Assembly: GCA_035319145.1 (NCBI GenBank)
Contig: DATHDH010000094.1
Span: 1 to 60,786, forward strand
Direction: 5' to 3'
DNA: 60,786 nt
Source: Dissulfurispiraceae bacterium
GTDB lineage: Bacteria; Nitrospirota; Thermodesulfovibrionia; Thermodesulfovibrionales; Dissulfurispiraceae
Under the pieces are notes generated by a model, which worked only from the letters and a program-made list of their open reading frames with translations, was not told the DNA's origin and ran no database searches. The position numbers were made by a program, and so were the translations under genes. Positions 48,580 through 59,074 of the stretch are shown here, piece by piece (position 1 is the stretch's first letter; the number at the start of each line of letters is the position of its first letter).

Positions 48580-48607
48580 ACCTGAAACCCCCTTTCCTTG
48601 CGCTGAA

Positions 48608-48637
48608 TTGCACCAAAACAGACAAATATGATAACAT
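48608..48637 (+). promoter_or_regulatory. putative sigma70 promoter of infB
   Basis: TTGCAC, 18-nt spacer, TAACAT. It is preceded by GCGCTGAA, as at the tig promoter. Confidence 0.3.
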
Positions 48638-48725
48638 TTTAGCTACGCTGTTACAAGTAGCAGCACCATCAGATCGGCTGCTGAATTGTACTTATCTTAT
48701 TCAAGACCGCGGAGGACGCAGAGGA

Positions 48726-51275
48726 ATGACATCTGAGGGCATCAAGAGCACTGACCTCGCAAAAGAGCTCGGCATCAAGTCGACCGAGATCGTGACCGCT
48801 GTCGGCAAGATTCGGAGTGCGGAATTCAAGAAAGGCACTACGACGGTTAAGCTGACCACCGAGGAAGCGGACAAGGTGAGGGCCATGTTCAAGCCTGCGG
48901 AGCCCGTTCGCGTCAAGGAAAAGCCGGCGGAGCGCGCACCGGCTGCAGCAGCTCCGGCTCCGGAAAGCGTGCCGCATGCGACAAAAAAAGCGGAAGCGCC
49001 GACACCGCCCCCGGCTCCGCCTGTGGAACAGAAAAGTGCTCCGGAGCCGTCGCGTGAGCAACGGCCTGCGCAGCCTCCCTATCAGCAACGCCAGCAGCAA
49101 CAGGGTCAGCGTCCGCAGCAAGGGCAGCAAGGGCAGCGCCAGCACTATCAGCAGGGGCAGAGGCCTCCCTATCAGCAACGTCAACAGCAGCAGGTCCCGA
49201 CAGCGAAGGTCCCGCAACCGCCGTCGGCTCCGCCGAAGGTATTTATACCGACGCAGGTTCCATCGGTGCCTGAGGTTCCGAAAACGGTCATCGTCGCGGA
49301 AGATGTCGAGGTGCTCGATCGCTTCAAAAAGGATGTAGAGGCCGACAAGGTCGAAAAAATAAAGGTTAAACCCCAGATGCAGAGGGCATTTCAGGCGATC
49401 CGCAAGATCGAGCCGAAGAAATGGGCCGATGCCAAGGGCGGACAGAAGAAGCATTTTCGGGGAGACCAGCGTTTTCGCCGCGGAGAGCAGTCCCAGCAGC
49501 AATTGCTTACCACCGCTCCGCGGAAGAAGTCAATCAAGATTGAGGAAGGAACATCGATCAAGGAATTTGCAGAATTGATCGGTGCGAAGATTCCCGATGT
49601 CATAAAGCAGTTCATGGGGCTCGGGATTATGCCGACGATCAATACGCCCGTGGATATGGATGCCGCCCTGATGGTCGCCGAACATTTCGGGGTCAAGATC
49701 GAGTCCGTCACTGCCGAACATCTCGATGTTGTGGAAGAGGTCCAGGAGGATGTCTCCATGATGACGCCCCGGGCGCCGGTTGTTACCATCATGGGACATG
49801 TCGATCACGGCAAGACGTCATTACTTGATGCCATTCGTTCCACGAAGGTGACCGAGAGCGAGGCGGGCGGAATAACTCAGCATATCGGCGCTTATAAGGT
49901 TTCGCTGCAGGGCAGGGAAATCACTTTCCTCGATACCCCAGGTCACGAAGCATTTACGGCACTTAGGGCGCGTGGAGCCAAGGTTACCGACGTCGTCGTC
50001 CTTGTTGTGGCCGCCGACGACGGCGTCATGCCGCAGACCATCGAAGCGATTGACCACGCAAAGGCCGCGGGCGTGCCTGTTGTTGTCGCCGTGAACAAGA
50101 TAGACAAGGACAATGCGAATCCTACAAAGGTGAAGAACGAACTGGCCGAGCACGGTGTTGTTTCAGAAGAGTGGGGCGGGGCCACCATTTTCGTGGAGGT
50201 CTCGGCAAAGAAACGGATCGGCATCGAGAGCCTTCTGGAGATGATTCTGCTCCAGGCGGAAGTTATGGAGCTGAAGGCCAATCCGAACAAGCCGGCACGC
50301 GGATATATCATCGAAGCGAAGCTTGACAAGGGCAGAGGCCCGGTAGCAACGGTCCTCATTCAGTCCGGCACCTTAAAATCAGCTGATGCATTTGTCGCCG
50401 GAACCGCATCCGGCAAGGTCCGGGCGCTTATCAGCGATACCGGCAAGAAGATGATTGAGGCAGGTCCGTCGGTGCCGGTCGAGGTGCTCGGATTTTCCGA
50501 AGTTCCGAATGCCGGAGATGTCTTCTCGGTCGTTGAAGACGAGAAGAAGGCCCGCCAGGTTGCAATGGCGCGCCTTGCAAAGATGCGCGCCGCGGAGATT
50601 GTGCGCCGCCATAAACTGACGCTTGACGAGTTGTATGCGAAAATCAAGGAAGGCGAAATCCGCGACCTCAATATCGTCATCAAGGGCGATGCTCAGGGCT
50701 CAATCGAAGCCATGAAGAAGTCGTTTGAAGAGGTGACGCACCCTGAAGTGAAGGTGCGCGTGATTCATGCTGCAATAGGCGGCATCAATGAATCCGATGT
50801 TATGCTGGCGAGTGCGTCGAACGCCATCATCATCGGGTTCAATGTTCGGCCTGAACCGAAAGCAGCCCAGCTTGCCGAAAAAGAGGGTGTCGATGTCCGC
50901 CTCTACAGCATCATTTACGAGGCAATCAATGACGTCAAGACGGCTCTGGAAGGCATGTTGAAGCCGACCCTCAAGGAAAAGGTGCTTGGACGTGCCGAGA
51001 TTCGCCAGACCTATCAGGTCTCCCGCGTTGGCACCATCGCCGGCTGCTATGTAATCGACGGTCTGATCTCGCGCAATTGCGACGGCGTGCGGATCATCAG
51101 GAACAACATAGTGGCATACGAGGGAAAGCTCGGCTCTCTGAAGCGGTTCAAGGACGATGTGAAGGAAGTCGCCCAAGGGTATGAATGCGGCATCACGATT
51201 GAAAACTATAATGACCTGAAGGTCGGCGACGTAATCGAAAACTTCATCATCGAAAAAATAGCAGCGAAGCTTTAA
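48726..51275 (+). CDS. infB: translation initiation factor IF-2
   Basis: Start at ATG 48726 ([27 protein letters not shown]). A Pro/Gln-rich linker is followed by [20 protein letters not shown] and NKIDK. Confidence 0.95.
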   Translation: MTSEGIKSTDLAKELGIKSTEIVTAVGKIRSAEFKKGTTTVKLTTEEADKVRAMFKPAEPVRVKEKPAERAPAAAAPAPESVPHATKKAEAPTPPPAPPVEQKSAPEPSREQRPAQPPYQQRQQQQGQRPQQGQQGQRQHYQQGQRPPYQQRQQQQVPTAKVPQPPSAPPKVFIPTQVPSVPEVPKTVIVAEDVEVLDRFKKDVEADKVEKIKVKPQMQRAFQAIRKIEPKKWADAKGGQKKHFRGDQRFRRGEQSQQQLLTTAPRKKSIKIEEGTSIKEFAELIGAKIPDVIKQFMGLGIMPTINTPVDMDAALMVAEHFGVKIESVTAEHLDVVEEVQEDVSMMTPRAPVVTIMGHVDHGKTSLLDAIRSTKVTESEAGGITQHIGAYKVSLQGREITFLDTPGHEAFTALRARGAKVTDVVVLVVAADDGVMPQTIEAIDHAKAAGVPVVVAVNKIDKDNANPTKVKNELAEHGVVSEEWGGATIFVEVSAKKRIGIESLLEMILLQAEVMELKANPNKPARGYIIEAKLDKGRGPVATVLIQSGTLKSADAFVAGTASGKVRALISDTGKKMIEAGPSVPVEVLGFSEVPNAGDVFSVVEDEKKARQVAMARLAKMRAAEIVRRHKLTLDELYAKIKEGEIRDLNIVIKGDAQGSIEAMKKSFEEVTHPEVKVRVIHAAIGGINESDVMLASASNAIIIGFNVRPEPKAAQLAEKEGVDVRLYSIIYEAINDVKTALEGMLKPTLKEKVLGRAEIRQTYQVSRVGTIAGCYVIDGLISRNCDGVRIIRNNIVAYEGKLGSLKRFKDDVKEVAQGYECGITIENYNDLKVGDVIENFIIEKIAAKL

Positions 51276-51298
51276 GGCCGGACGAGAGAGGAAACTTC

Positions 51299-51667
51299 AT
51301 GCATCCCTACAAGCGTTCAGCCCGCCTGAATATCCTTTTGCGCGAAGAGATTGCCGATATCGTGATGCGCCGCATCAAAGATCCCCGGCTCGGGTTTGTG
51401 ACGATAACCGATGTGGCTCTTACCGAAGATCTGAAAATCGCCCGCGTCTATGTCAGCGTATTGAAGCCTGAAGAGCAGCCGCTTGCGCTCGAAATACTCG
51501 AAGGTGCAAAGGCGGCAATTCGTTCCGAGGTCGCCAAGCGGGTGAGGATGAAGTTTATTCCGTCGCTCGAATTCCGTATCGACGAGTCGATCGAGGAAGG
51601 ATTCAAGATCGACAAGCTGCTGAGCGACATCAAATCCGGCCACCATGGTGTTCCCGAGGAAGCATGA
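51299..51667 (+). CDS. rbfA: ribosome-binding factor A
   Basis: RSARLNILLREEIADIV...DPRLGFVTITDV; 122 aa. Confidence 0.9.
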   Translation: MHPYKRSARLNILLREEIADIVMRRIKDPRLGFVTITDVALTEDLKIARVYVSVLKPEEQPLALEILEGAKAAIRSEVAKRVRMKFIPSLEFRIDESIEEGFKIDKLLSDIKSGHHGVPEEA

Positions 51668-52650
51668 CGCCTCCTAAGGATCTTATCGACACTCTTCGGC
51701 GCGAAGACGATTTTCTGATCGCTGCCCATATGAATCCCGACGGTGACGCCATCGGCTCCGCGCTAGCCCTCGCTGCGGCGCTTGAGGCAGTCGGAAAGCG
51801 CGTCAGCATCGTCGACCGGGATCCCATCCCGCAGCACTATCGTTTTCTCCCCAACGTCGAAAAATTCCATACACTTTCCGATCTTTCAGGTACGGGAATA
51901 TCTCTTGAAAGGTGCACCAATCTTATCCTGGTCGATTGCAATGATATAACGCGAGTGGTCGCCGACAAGGCCGTCGCAGGCCGTTTCAGCTGCCGCAACG
52001 CGATTGTGATCGATCACCATGCAACGCCGTCATCATTCGGCACTGTCAGATGGATTGTTCCTGATGCCGCGGCGACCGCTCTGCTGATACTCGAGATTAT
52101 CGATGCGCTGTCGATAATGCTCACTGCAGATATGGCGACGCTTCTTTACGCTGCGCTCATCGTTGATACCGGCAACTTCCGCTTTGAGAATACCGACGCG
52201 AAGGTTTTGCGTGTTGCGGCCCGATTGACGGAGGCCGGGGCCGATCCTGCATCAATTTCGCGGGCACTCTTTGAGGCGTGGACATCTGCCCGTTTTGCTC
52301 TCTTCTCAAGGTTTCTCGATACCGTGGAGCTTTCCGAGCGGATTGTGACGTCTGTCGTGACGAACCGGATGCTTCAGGAAACAGGAGCAACTTCGGACCA
52401 GACCGAAACGTTCGTCGAATTCCTGAAGAGGATGCAGGATGCGGATGTTGCAGTGCTTATCACCGAATTGGAGAAGGATCATTACAAGTTGAGCATGCGG
52501 GCGAAGGGAACCGTGAATGTTGCAAAGGTTGCGGAGGCATTCGGTGGCGGCGGGCATGCAAACGCTGCGGGGTGCCGCATACGTGCCGGACTTGATGAGG
52601 TGAAGCGGATGGTCAGGGCACGGATTGTCGAATCGATGCGGGTGAAATAA
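51664..52650 (+). CDS. nrnA: DHH-family phosphoesterase (NrnA-like oligoribonuclease/pAp phosphatase)
   Basis: HMNPDGDAIGS, VDCN, IDHH (DHH motif) and GGGHANAAG (DHHA1). Confidence 0.85.
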   Translation: MTPPKDLIDTLRREDDFLIAAHMNPDGDAIGSALALAAALEAVGKRVSIVDRDPIPQHYRFLPNVEKFHTLSDLSGTGISLERCTNLILVDCNDITRVVADKAVAGRFSCRNAIVIDHHATPSSFGTVRWIVPDAAATALLILEIIDALSIMLTADMATLLYAALIVDTGNFRFENTDAKVLRVAARLTEAGADPASISRALFEAWTSARFALFSRFLDTVELSERIVTSVVTNRMLQETGATSDQTETFVEFLKRMQDADVAVLITELEKDHYKLSMRAKGTVNVAKVAEAFGGGGHANAAGCRIRAGLDEVKRMVRARIVESMRVK

Positions 52651-52716
52651 AGCTGCAGGCCGCGTTCTTCAAATATTTCTTCTCACTGACCGTTCGGGAA
52701 TGAATGATAAAGCGAA

Positions 52717-53796
52717 TCAGACCCGACTGTCAGCAGACTTTTCGCGCTCGATAATGGACAGCAGTTCCTCGGTCAATTCCTCCGGCTCCAGCACGACGCC
52801 GCCGGGCCTGCCGATAAACATCGTCTTCGTCAAACCATCCACCGCCAACCGCACATCTTCGACCATCTGCCCTGCATTGAGTTCCACGACCACCATGCGC
52901 TTCCCGGCTGCGGCAAGGTCATGAATCCGGCGCGACGGAAACGGATAGAGGGTCTGGGGCCGAAGGAGGCCGACTTTGCAGCCGCTCGCCCTGAGGCGTT
53001 CCGCGGCAGACAGTGAAACACGGGCGGCAATGCCGTGCGCAACCAGCACGATATCCGCATCATCGGAAAAATAGGCCTCGGAGCGTATCTCATGCTCATG
53101 CATGCGGCGATAGGTTTCCTGCAGAATCCGGTTCTGCTCCGCAAGTTCTCCGTCGGCCATGAAGAGTGTTCTGATGATGTTCGGCTCTCGCCCCGCGCAG
53201 CCGGTAACCGCCCACGGCTTGTCGGGGAGGTCATGAGGCTTCATATACGGCGTGCGGACAAGCGGTTCCATCATCTGCGCAAGAACACCGTCGGTCAGGA
53301 TCATGACCGGGCAGCGATACTCGTCTGCCTTGTCGAATGCAAGCATGGTAAAGTCCCAGAGTTCCTGGAGCGAAAAAGGTGCGAGTACAAGCATATGGTA
53401 ATCACCGTGCCCGCCGCCTTTCACTGCCTGGAAGTAATCGGCCTGACTTGCGGTAATATTGCCGAGGCCGGGGCCTCCTCGCTGGACATTCACGATGACG
53501 GCGGGAAGCCGCGCGACAGCAAGATGAGAGATGCCTTCAAGCTTCAAGCTTATTCCGGGGCTGCTTGATGACGTCATTGCCCGGGCCCCGCAGGCAGAAG
53601 CTCCATAAACCATGTTGATGGCTGCGAGTTCGCTTTCCGCCTGCATGAAGACGCCCCCGACCTCTTCCATGCGCCACGAAAGATATTCGGGTATCTCATT
53701 CTGCGGCGTGATCGGATAGCCGGCGAAGAATCGGCATCCCGCCTGCACGGCGGCTTCGGCAATAGCCTCGCTGCCCTTCATAAGGACCTTGTCCAT
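52717..53796 (-). CDS. 2-oxoacid:ferredoxin oxidoreductase alpha subunit (VorB/KorA/PorA-like), no partner subunits adjacent
   Basis: MKGSEAIAEAAVQAGCRFFAGYPITPQNEI and AESELAAINMVYGASACGARAMTSSSSPG match the POR_N/transketolase-like domains. Confidence 0.8.
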   Translation of the reverse strand: MDKVLMKGSEAIAEAAVQAGCRFFAGYPITPQNEIPEYLSWRMEEVGGVFMQAESELAAINMVYGASACGARAMTSSSSPGISLKLEGISHLAVARLPAVIVNVQRGGPGLGNITASQADYFQAVKGGGHGDYHMLVLAPFSLQELWDFTMLAFDKADEYRCPVMILTDGVLAQMMEPLVRTPYMKPHDLPDKPWAVTGCAGREPNIIRTLFMADGELAEQNRILQETYRRMHEHEIRSEAYFSDDADIVLVAHGIAARVSLSAAERLRASGCKVGLLRPQTLYPFPSRRIHDLAAAGKRMVVVELNAGQMVEDVRLAVDGLTKTMFIGRPGGVVLEPEELTEELLSIIEREKSADSRV

Positions 53797-53802
53797 CGGG
53801 CT

Positions 53803-53811
53803 ATTCTACCA
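53803..53811 (-). promoter_or_regulatory. extended -10 element 6 nt upstream of the oxidoreductase ATG (leaderless geometry)
   Basis: On the minus strand: TGgTAGAAT, then AGCCCG, then ATG (53796). No SD. Confidence 0.35.
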
Positions 53812-53815
53812 CGTG

Positions 53816-53824
53816 TGGTAAAAT
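53816..53824 (+). promoter_or_regulatory. extended -10 element 6 nt upstream of the mutL ATG (leaderless geometry)
   Basis: TGgTAAAAT, then GGGTGC, then ATG (53831). Confidence 0.35.
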
Positions 53825-53830
53825 GGGTGC

Positions 53831-55561
53831 ATGTCGCGCATCCACGTGCTTCCTGTTCATCTTCAGAATAAAATTGCCGCCGGCGAGGTCATTGAACGGC
53901 CGGCGTCCGTCGTCAAGGAACTTCTCGAAAACGCGATAGATGCGGGCAGCACTTCCATTGCAGTCGACATAGAAAAAGCGGGTCGCCGGCTCATCCGGAT
54001 TTCGGATAACGGCTCCGGCATGGGGAACAGCGATGCGCAAAACGCCTTTCAGCGATATGCAACGAGCAAGATCCGCAGCGAAGACGACCTTTATGCATTG
54101 CATACTCTCGGCTTCCGCGGAGAGGGGCTCGCTGCGATAGCCGCCGTATCCCTCGTCGGTTTGGCAACGGCCGAGCAGGGCCGAATCGGTACGTGCATAA
54201 ACGTTTCCGCCGGAACTGTCGAGAGCGTCGGCGAATGTGCGGCAACCGGGACGACGGTCGAGGTGCGGGACCTTTTTTATAACACCCCTGCGCGACGCAA
54301 GTTTCTGAAGTCCGACTCGACCGAAAATTACCATATCACCGACACGGTCACACGCGAGGCGCTTGTTCATCCTTCGCTTCGGTTCAGCCTGAGGGTCGAC
54401 GGCGGCGAGGTGATGCTGACCGCTTCCGCTGGATCACGCCGCGAGCGGATTATGCAGATTTTCGGGAAGGAGTTTACCGACGACCTTATTGAGGATGTGG
54501 TGGAGGCTGCGGGAATGAGAGCCGAGATGTTTGTCGGAAATCCCGGCATGACGCGCAGCACGCGGCTGAGCCAATATGTTTTCGTGAACCAACGTCCGGT
54601 CAAGGATCAAACCATCAGCCAGGCGATTTACCGGGCATTTAACGGGGCACTCGAAAAGAACCAGCATCCCGTTTTTTTCATTTTCTTCGAGACCGATCCC
54701 GGCCATGTGGACTGCAACGTGCACCCGACCAAGCGTGAAGTTCGTTTTCAGGACAAGTCCGTCGTGTTCCGGTTTATCACGGATGCGGCCAGGAGAATCG
54801 TCTTGGGAGCCTCGCTGCAGCAGTCCGTCAAAACTCTGTCTGAAGTGCGTTCATTTGACTATCGGATAGGCACGCAACCGCACGAGGAGAGCCGATCAGC
54901 AGCCTCAGGGCTCGGACAGCAGCCGCACATGGTTTCAGACCGCGCCGAGACATATGTTCCTGAAAGAGTGCCTTTTGTTTCGCTCGGCGAAACGCTGATA
55001 GCCTTCTCAGACAACGATGGGCTTATCATCATGGATTATCATGCAGCTCATGAGCGCGTCAATTACGAACGGCTTCTGGATGCATCTGCTGCGATGCCTG
55101 CGGCACAGCTCCTGTTCCCTCAGCAGGTGAAGCTCCAGCCGCATGAAGCCGCCGTGCTTCTGGAAAACCAGCAGCTCATCGCCACGATGGGAATCGACGT
55201 TGAAGACTTCGGCGCAGGGAGCGTACTCGTGCGGAGCGTTCCTGAAATATTGACCGGGGCCGACATGAACAGTCTCATGCAGGATGTGGCAGGAGCCCTT
55301 CTTTTACGGCGGGAAGAGCCAGAACCTCTTGCCGGTACGGATGAGACTCCGGAGCCTGTTGCACGCCGTAAGCGCTCTGTTGCAGCGCAGTTGGCTTGCC
55401 ATTCATCCATCCGCGGCCGCGAGATTCCCGATGAATACCGTTTGGCGAAACTGAAGCGTGCACTTGAACAGACACGCAACGGAGATCGCTGCCCTCACGG
55501 AAGGCCGACCGTTATCCGGCTTTCGCTCGACGCGCTGAAAAAGATGTTCAGGAAGAGCTGA
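53831..55561 (+). CDS. mutL: DNA mismatch repair protein MutL (endonuclease-type)
   Basis: N-terminal GHKL ATPase ([25 protein letters not shown]). C-terminal [12 protein letters not shown] (DQHAxxExxxxE-type), ACHSSIRG and CPHGRP motifs. Confidence 0.95.
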   Translation: MSRIHVLPVHLQNKIAAGEVIERPASVVKELLENAIDAGSTSIAVDIEKAGRRLIRISDNGSGMGNSDAQNAFQRYATSKIRSEDDLYALHTLGFRGEGLAAIAAVSLVGLATAEQGRIGTCINVSAGTVESVGECAATGTTVEVRDLFYNTPARRKFLKSDSTENYHITDTVTREALVHPSLRFSLRVDGGEVMLTASAGSRRERIMQIFGKEFTDDLIEDVVEAAGMRAEMFVGNPGMTRSTRLSQYVFVNQRPVKDQTISQAIYRAFNGALEKNQHPVFFIFFETDPGHVDCNVHPTKREVRFQDKSVVFRFITDAARRIVLGASLQQSVKTLSEVRSFDYRIGTQPHEESRSAASGLGQQPHMVSDRAETYVPERVPFVSLGETLIAFSDNDGLIIMDYHAAHERVNYERLLDASAAMPAAQLLFPQQVKLQPHEAAVLLENQQLIATMGIDVEDFGAGSVLVRSVPEILTGADMNSLMQDVAGALLLRREEPEPLAGTDETPEPVARRKRSVAAQLACHSSIRGREIPDEYRLAKLKRALEQTRNGDRCPHGRPTVIRLSLDALKKMFRKS

Positions 55562-56807
55562 CGCGTTCTATCTGCGCACCGATCGCGCGGAGTTTTCGCT
55601 CCATGTGATCATATCCGCGATCCAAGTGGTAAATCCGGTCGATGGTGCTTTCCCCCTTTGCACAGAGAGCGGCGACGACGAGTGAAGCAGATGCCCTGAG
55701 ATCGGTCGCCATAACCGGGGCGCCCTTCAGCTTTTCTATCCCGCGAATGGTTGCGGTTCCGCCTTCGATGCTGATGTCGGCGCCCATTCTCTTGAGCTCC
55801 GCAACATGCATGTATCGGTTCTCGAAAATGGTTTCCTTCACTATGCTTGTGCCGTGCGCAACCGTCATCATGGCCATGAACTGAGCCTGCATGTCGGTCG
55901 GAAAGCCCGGATACGGCGAGGTTCTGATGTCCCTCGCGACGAGCCGACGGGGGCCTGTGACACGCAGGCCGGCGGGCGTTTCGACAAATGAGACGCCCGT
56001 GTCCTTGAATTTCAAAATGACCGCATCAAGATGATCAGAGCGGCAGCCGACAAGCAGAAGGTCGCTGCCCGTCGCCGCGGCAATTGCCATGAATGTGCCG
56101 GCCTCGATGCGATCAGGAATAACCGCATATCCTGCACTAGGGGTCAAGGTTTCGACGCCCTGTATCTCGATGACGCTTTCGCCAGCGCCCTGAATCCTGG
56201 CACCCATCGATATCAGGCAGTCGGCCAGGTCTTTTACCTCCGGCTCACGCGCCGCATTTTCGAGAATGGTGGTCCCCTTCGCCAGGCATGCGGCCATCAT
56301 AAGGTTTTCCGTGCCCGTCACCGTAGGCATGTCGAAAGAAATGGCGGCGCCTTTCAATCGGTTTGCCTTGGCATGAACATATCCCGATTCGAGCGATATT
56401 TTCGCCCCCATCTTTTCGAGCCCCATCAGATGCAAATTTATGGGACGCGCTCCGATAGCACAACCGCCGGGTAGCGAAACGCGGGCCTTGCCGAATCGTG
56501 CAACGAGCGGTCCGAGAACAAGCACCGCCGCCCGCATCGTCTTGACGAGATCATAAGGAGCTTCGAAGGTGCGCACGTGAGCGGAATCGAGGATAACGGA
56601 GCCGCGGGTGAACCTGTAATCGGCCCCCATGTGCGAGAGAAGCCGTCCCATAGTCGCTATATCTCGGAGATCGGGAATCCGCTGCAAGGTGTTGGTTCCG
56701 GGAGCGAGCAGGGCTGAGGTCATGATCGGGAGTGCGGCATTTTTGGCTCCCCCGATCGAAACTTCCCCCTTGAGGGCGCGCCCACCCTTGATTTTCAGGC
56801 TGTCCAT
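55548..56807 (-). CDS. murA: UDP-N-acetylglucosamine 1-carboxyvinyltransferase
   Basis: [29 protein letters not shown] and [15 protein letters not shown] (catalytic Cys). Its 3' end overlaps the mutL 3' end by 14 nt. Confidence 0.95.
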   Translation of the reverse strand: MDSLKIKGGRALKGEVSIGGAKNAALPIMTSALLAPGTNTLQRIPDLRDIATMGRLLSHMGADYRFTRGSVILDSAHVRTFEAPYDLVKTMRAAVLVLGPLVARFGKARVSLPGGCAIGARPINLHLMGLEKMGAKISLESGYVHAKANRLKGAAISFDMPTVTGTENLMMAACLAKGTTILENAAREPEVKDLADCLISMGARIQGAGESVIEIQGVETLTPSAGYAVIPDRIEAGTFMAIAAATGSDLLLVGCRSDHLDAVILKFKDTGVSFVETPAGLRVTGPRRLVARDIRTSPYPGFPTDMQAQFMAMMTVAHGTSIVKETIFENRYMHVAELKRMGADISIEGGTATIRGIEKLKGAPVMATDLRASASLVVAALCAKGESTIDRIYHLDRGYDHMERKLRAIGAQIERVSSS

Positions 56808-56813
56808 TCGTGT

Positions 56814-56822
56814 ATCTTAACA
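56814..56822 (-). promoter_or_regulatory. extended -10 element 6 nt upstream of the murA ATG (leaderless geometry)
   Basis: On the minus strand: TGtTAAGAT, then ACACGA, then ATG (56807). No SD. Confidence 0.35.
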
Positions 56823-56834
56823 TATTCAAAAAGG

Positions 56835-56840
56835 GTATAA
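56835..56840 (+). promoter_or_regulatory. consensus -10 hexamer 6 nt upstream of the third possible rel start codon
   Basis: TATAAT, then TTGATG, then ATG (56847). Confidence 0.35.
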
Positions 56841-56846
56841 TTGATG

Positions 56847-58961
56847 ATGATCACCATAGAAAGCGTTCTGGACAAGGTCCGCGCTTACAATCCCTCCGCA
56901 AATGTCGAGGTAATCCGGAAGGCGTTCATTTTCTCCCGCGATGCGCATTCCAGCCAGGTGCGGCGCGAAGGATCTCCGTATATTTCCCACCCGCTTTCGG
57001 TGGCGGATACGCTTGCCGACATGAAGCTCGACAGCGCCACCATTGCGGCGGGCCTTCTCCACGATACGGTTGAGGATACCGGCATCAATACGAGCGACAT
57101 CAAGGAGATGTTCGGCCAGGAGATCTCATTTCTTGTCGATGCGGTGACGAAACTAAGCAAGGTGGAGTTCAAGACGAAGGAAGAAGCGCAGGCGGAGAAC
57201 TTCCGGAAGATGCTGCTGGCCATGGCGAAGGATGTCAGGGTTATTCTGATCAAGTTCGCCGACCGTCTGCACAACATGAGGACCATCGAGCATCTTTCAC
57301 CCGACAAGCAGCGCCGCATTGCGCAGGAAACGCTCGATATCTACGCGCCGCTTGCAAACCGCCTCGGAATAGGCTGGCTCAGGATCGAGTTCGAGGACCT
57401 CTCTTTCAAGGTGCTGATGCCGGATCTCTATGCTGAACTCGTCGAAAAGGTCGCAAAACGCCGCGAAGAGAATGAAGCCTACATAAATGAAATCATCCGG
57501 CTTTTTCAGGACAGATTTGCGAAGGCGGGCATCCACGCAAAGCTGAAGGGCCGCGTCAAACACCTCTACAGCATCTATCAGAAGATTATCCGTCAGAAGG
57601 TCCCTTTCGAACAGGTGCATGACGTCATCGGCATACGTATCATTACGGACACGGTCGGGCATTGTTACGACATTCTCGGCATCATCCATTCGCTCTGGCC
57701 GCTTGTTCCGGGCCGCTTCAAGGATTTCATCAGTCTGCCGAAATCGAACATGTATCAGTCCCTCCATACTACCGTCATGGGGCCTTCGGGAGAGCGGGTC
57801 GAATTCCAGATACGCACCGAGGAGATGGATGCAATTGCCGAGGAAGGCATTGCGGCTCACTGGCAGTATAAGGAGAAGGACGGCGTTGATCAGAAAAACG
57901 CCAAATTCGTTAAGTGGCTTCGTGATCTGGTCAAGGAGATCTCGGACGCCAGGGAATTTCTCGAGGCGGTCAAGGGCGAGGTCATTCCCGAGACGGTTTA
58001 CGTCTTTACGCCGAACGGCGATATCAAGGAGTTGCCTCTCGACTCTACCCCCGTTGACTTTGCCTACAGCATTCATTCCGAAGTGGGGAATAAATGCATC
58101 GGCGCCAAGGTGAACGGCCGGATGGTTCCTCTCCGCTATAAACTGAACAGCGGAGATGTCGTCGAAATCGTAACATCCCCCACCCAGAATCCGAGCAAGG
58201 ACTGGCTCAAGTTTGTCGTTACCCAGCGCGCGAAAAGCCGGATCAAGCAATGGACGCGCGCCGAGGAGCGCAAGAAGGGCATTGAGCTCGGCGCGCGGCT
58301 GATTGAAGATGAAATACGGCGCCATGGCCTGCCGATGGCTGCGTTGAAGTCGGAAAAAATGGAAGAGGTCTTGAAGCAGCACAACCTGCAGCAGCTTGAA
58401 GACCTTTATGTGCTTGTCGGATATGGAAAAATATCCGCCCATCAAATCGTCAACCGCTTTATGCCTGAAAAGCCGCAGGTCGAGCAACCGGCGCCGAAGA
58501 CGGTTAAGCCGCGGGAACCCAAGAGTAGTGTCATCAGCATAACCGGTATCGACAATGTGCTGTATCGTATCGGCCGCTGTTGTTATCCGGTACCGGGCGA
58601 CAGAATCGTCGGCTTTATCACGCGCGGCAAAGGCGTGACGATTCATCGCCGCGACTGCCCCACCATCGATACGCTGGGCGGTCCGAATGTTCGTACGATT
58701 GATGTCTCGTGGACGCAGACGGGGGATACGCCGTCGACTGCGAAGATCTCGGTCGAAAGTCTCGATAAGCCGGGAATGCTGGCGAATCTGAGCGCCTTCA
58801 TCTCATCGCAGGAGGTCAACATCTCGTCGGTCAAGGCGAATGCAACCCATGATAAACGGGCGTTTATCGAGCTTTCGCTCGAAGTGAGGAATCGTGAACA
58901 GCTGATCACCATCATGAACAAGATACGCCAGATGGACGGCGTGCTCCGCGTCAGGCGCTAG
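56847..58961 (+). CDS. rel: bifunctional (p)ppGpp synthetase/hydrolase (RelA/SpoT homologue)
   Basis: HD domain (YISHPLSVA...LLHDTVEDT), RelA_SpoT synthetase (YQSLHTTV), TGS and ACT domains. Candidate starts are TTG 56841, ATG 56844 and ATG 56847. Confidence 0.95.
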   Translation: MITIESVLDKVRAYNPSANVEVIRKAFIFSRDAHSSQVRREGSPYISHPLSVADTLADMKLDSATIAAGLLHDTVEDTGINTSDIKEMFGQEISFLVDAVTKLSKVEFKTKEEAQAENFRKMLLAMAKDVRVILIKFADRLHNMRTIEHLSPDKQRRIAQETLDIYAPLANRLGIGWLRIEFEDLSFKVLMPDLYAELVEKVAKRREENEAYINEIIRLFQDRFAKAGIHAKLKGRVKHLYSIYQKIIRQKVPFEQVHDVIGIRIITDTVGHCYDILGIIHSLWPLVPGRFKDFISLPKSNMYQSLHTTVMGPSGERVEFQIRTEEMDAIAEEGIAAHWQYKEKDGVDQKNAKFVKWLRDLVKEISDAREFLEAVKGEVIPETVYVFTPNGDIKELPLDSTPVDFAYSIHSEVGNKCIGAKVNGRMVPLRYKLNSGDVVEIVTSPTQNPSKDWLKFVVTQRAKSRIKQWTRAEERKKGIELGARLIEDEIRRHGLPMAALKSEKMEEVLKQHNLQQLEDLYVLVGYGKISAHQIVNRFMPEKPQVEQPAPKTVKPREPKSSVISITGIDNVLYRIGRCCYPVPGDRIVGFITRGKGVTIHRRDCPTIDTLGGPNVRTIDVSWTQTGDTPSTAKISVESLDKPGMLANLSAFISSQEVNISSVKANATHDKRAFIELSLEVRNREQLITIMNKIRQMDGVLRVRR

Positions 58962-58989
58962 GGAAATGCGGATTTGCGCTTTTTTTCTC

Positions 58990-59018
58990 TTGACAAAGCG
59001 CGGTTCTCTTGGTATTGT
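58990..59018 (+). promoter_or_regulatory. sigma70 promoter of hup
   Basis: TTGACA (58990..58995), 17-nt spacer, TATTGT (59013..59018). Confidence 0.5.
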
Positions 59019-59074
59019 GTATATCAAACCGTGAATTGACGCCATTCTCAGTTATAGAAAGGGGGGAAACACTT

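Noticed and set aside
48573-48725. The N-terminal extension of the infB ORF in the ORF track (start 48573).
   Set aside because: It would overlap the rpmB start region and encodes non-IF2-like sequence. ATG 48726 has an SD and gives the canonical IF-2 N-terminus ([17 protein letters not shown]).
48669-49502. A 277-aa minus-strand Leu/Arg-rich ORF.
   Set aside because: It is antisense to the low-complexity Pro/Gln-rich linker of infB and is an artefact of the repetitive codons.
55548-55561. A 14-nt convergent overlap of the mutL and murA 3' ends, considered as a possible antisense regulatory feature.
   Set aside because: Short convergent overlaps are common in compact genomes, and no associated structure or motif was seen.
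57297-58646. A 449-aa minus-strand ORF containing YADD-like tetrapeptides (GYADDTT, TYADDVM) that superficially recall reverse-transcriptase motifs.
   Set aside because: It is entirely antisense to the unambiguous rel gene (HD, RelA_SpoT, TGS and ACT motifs all present on the plus strand). Its sequence is otherwise Arg/Leu/Asp-rich shadow-frame text with no other RT motifs.
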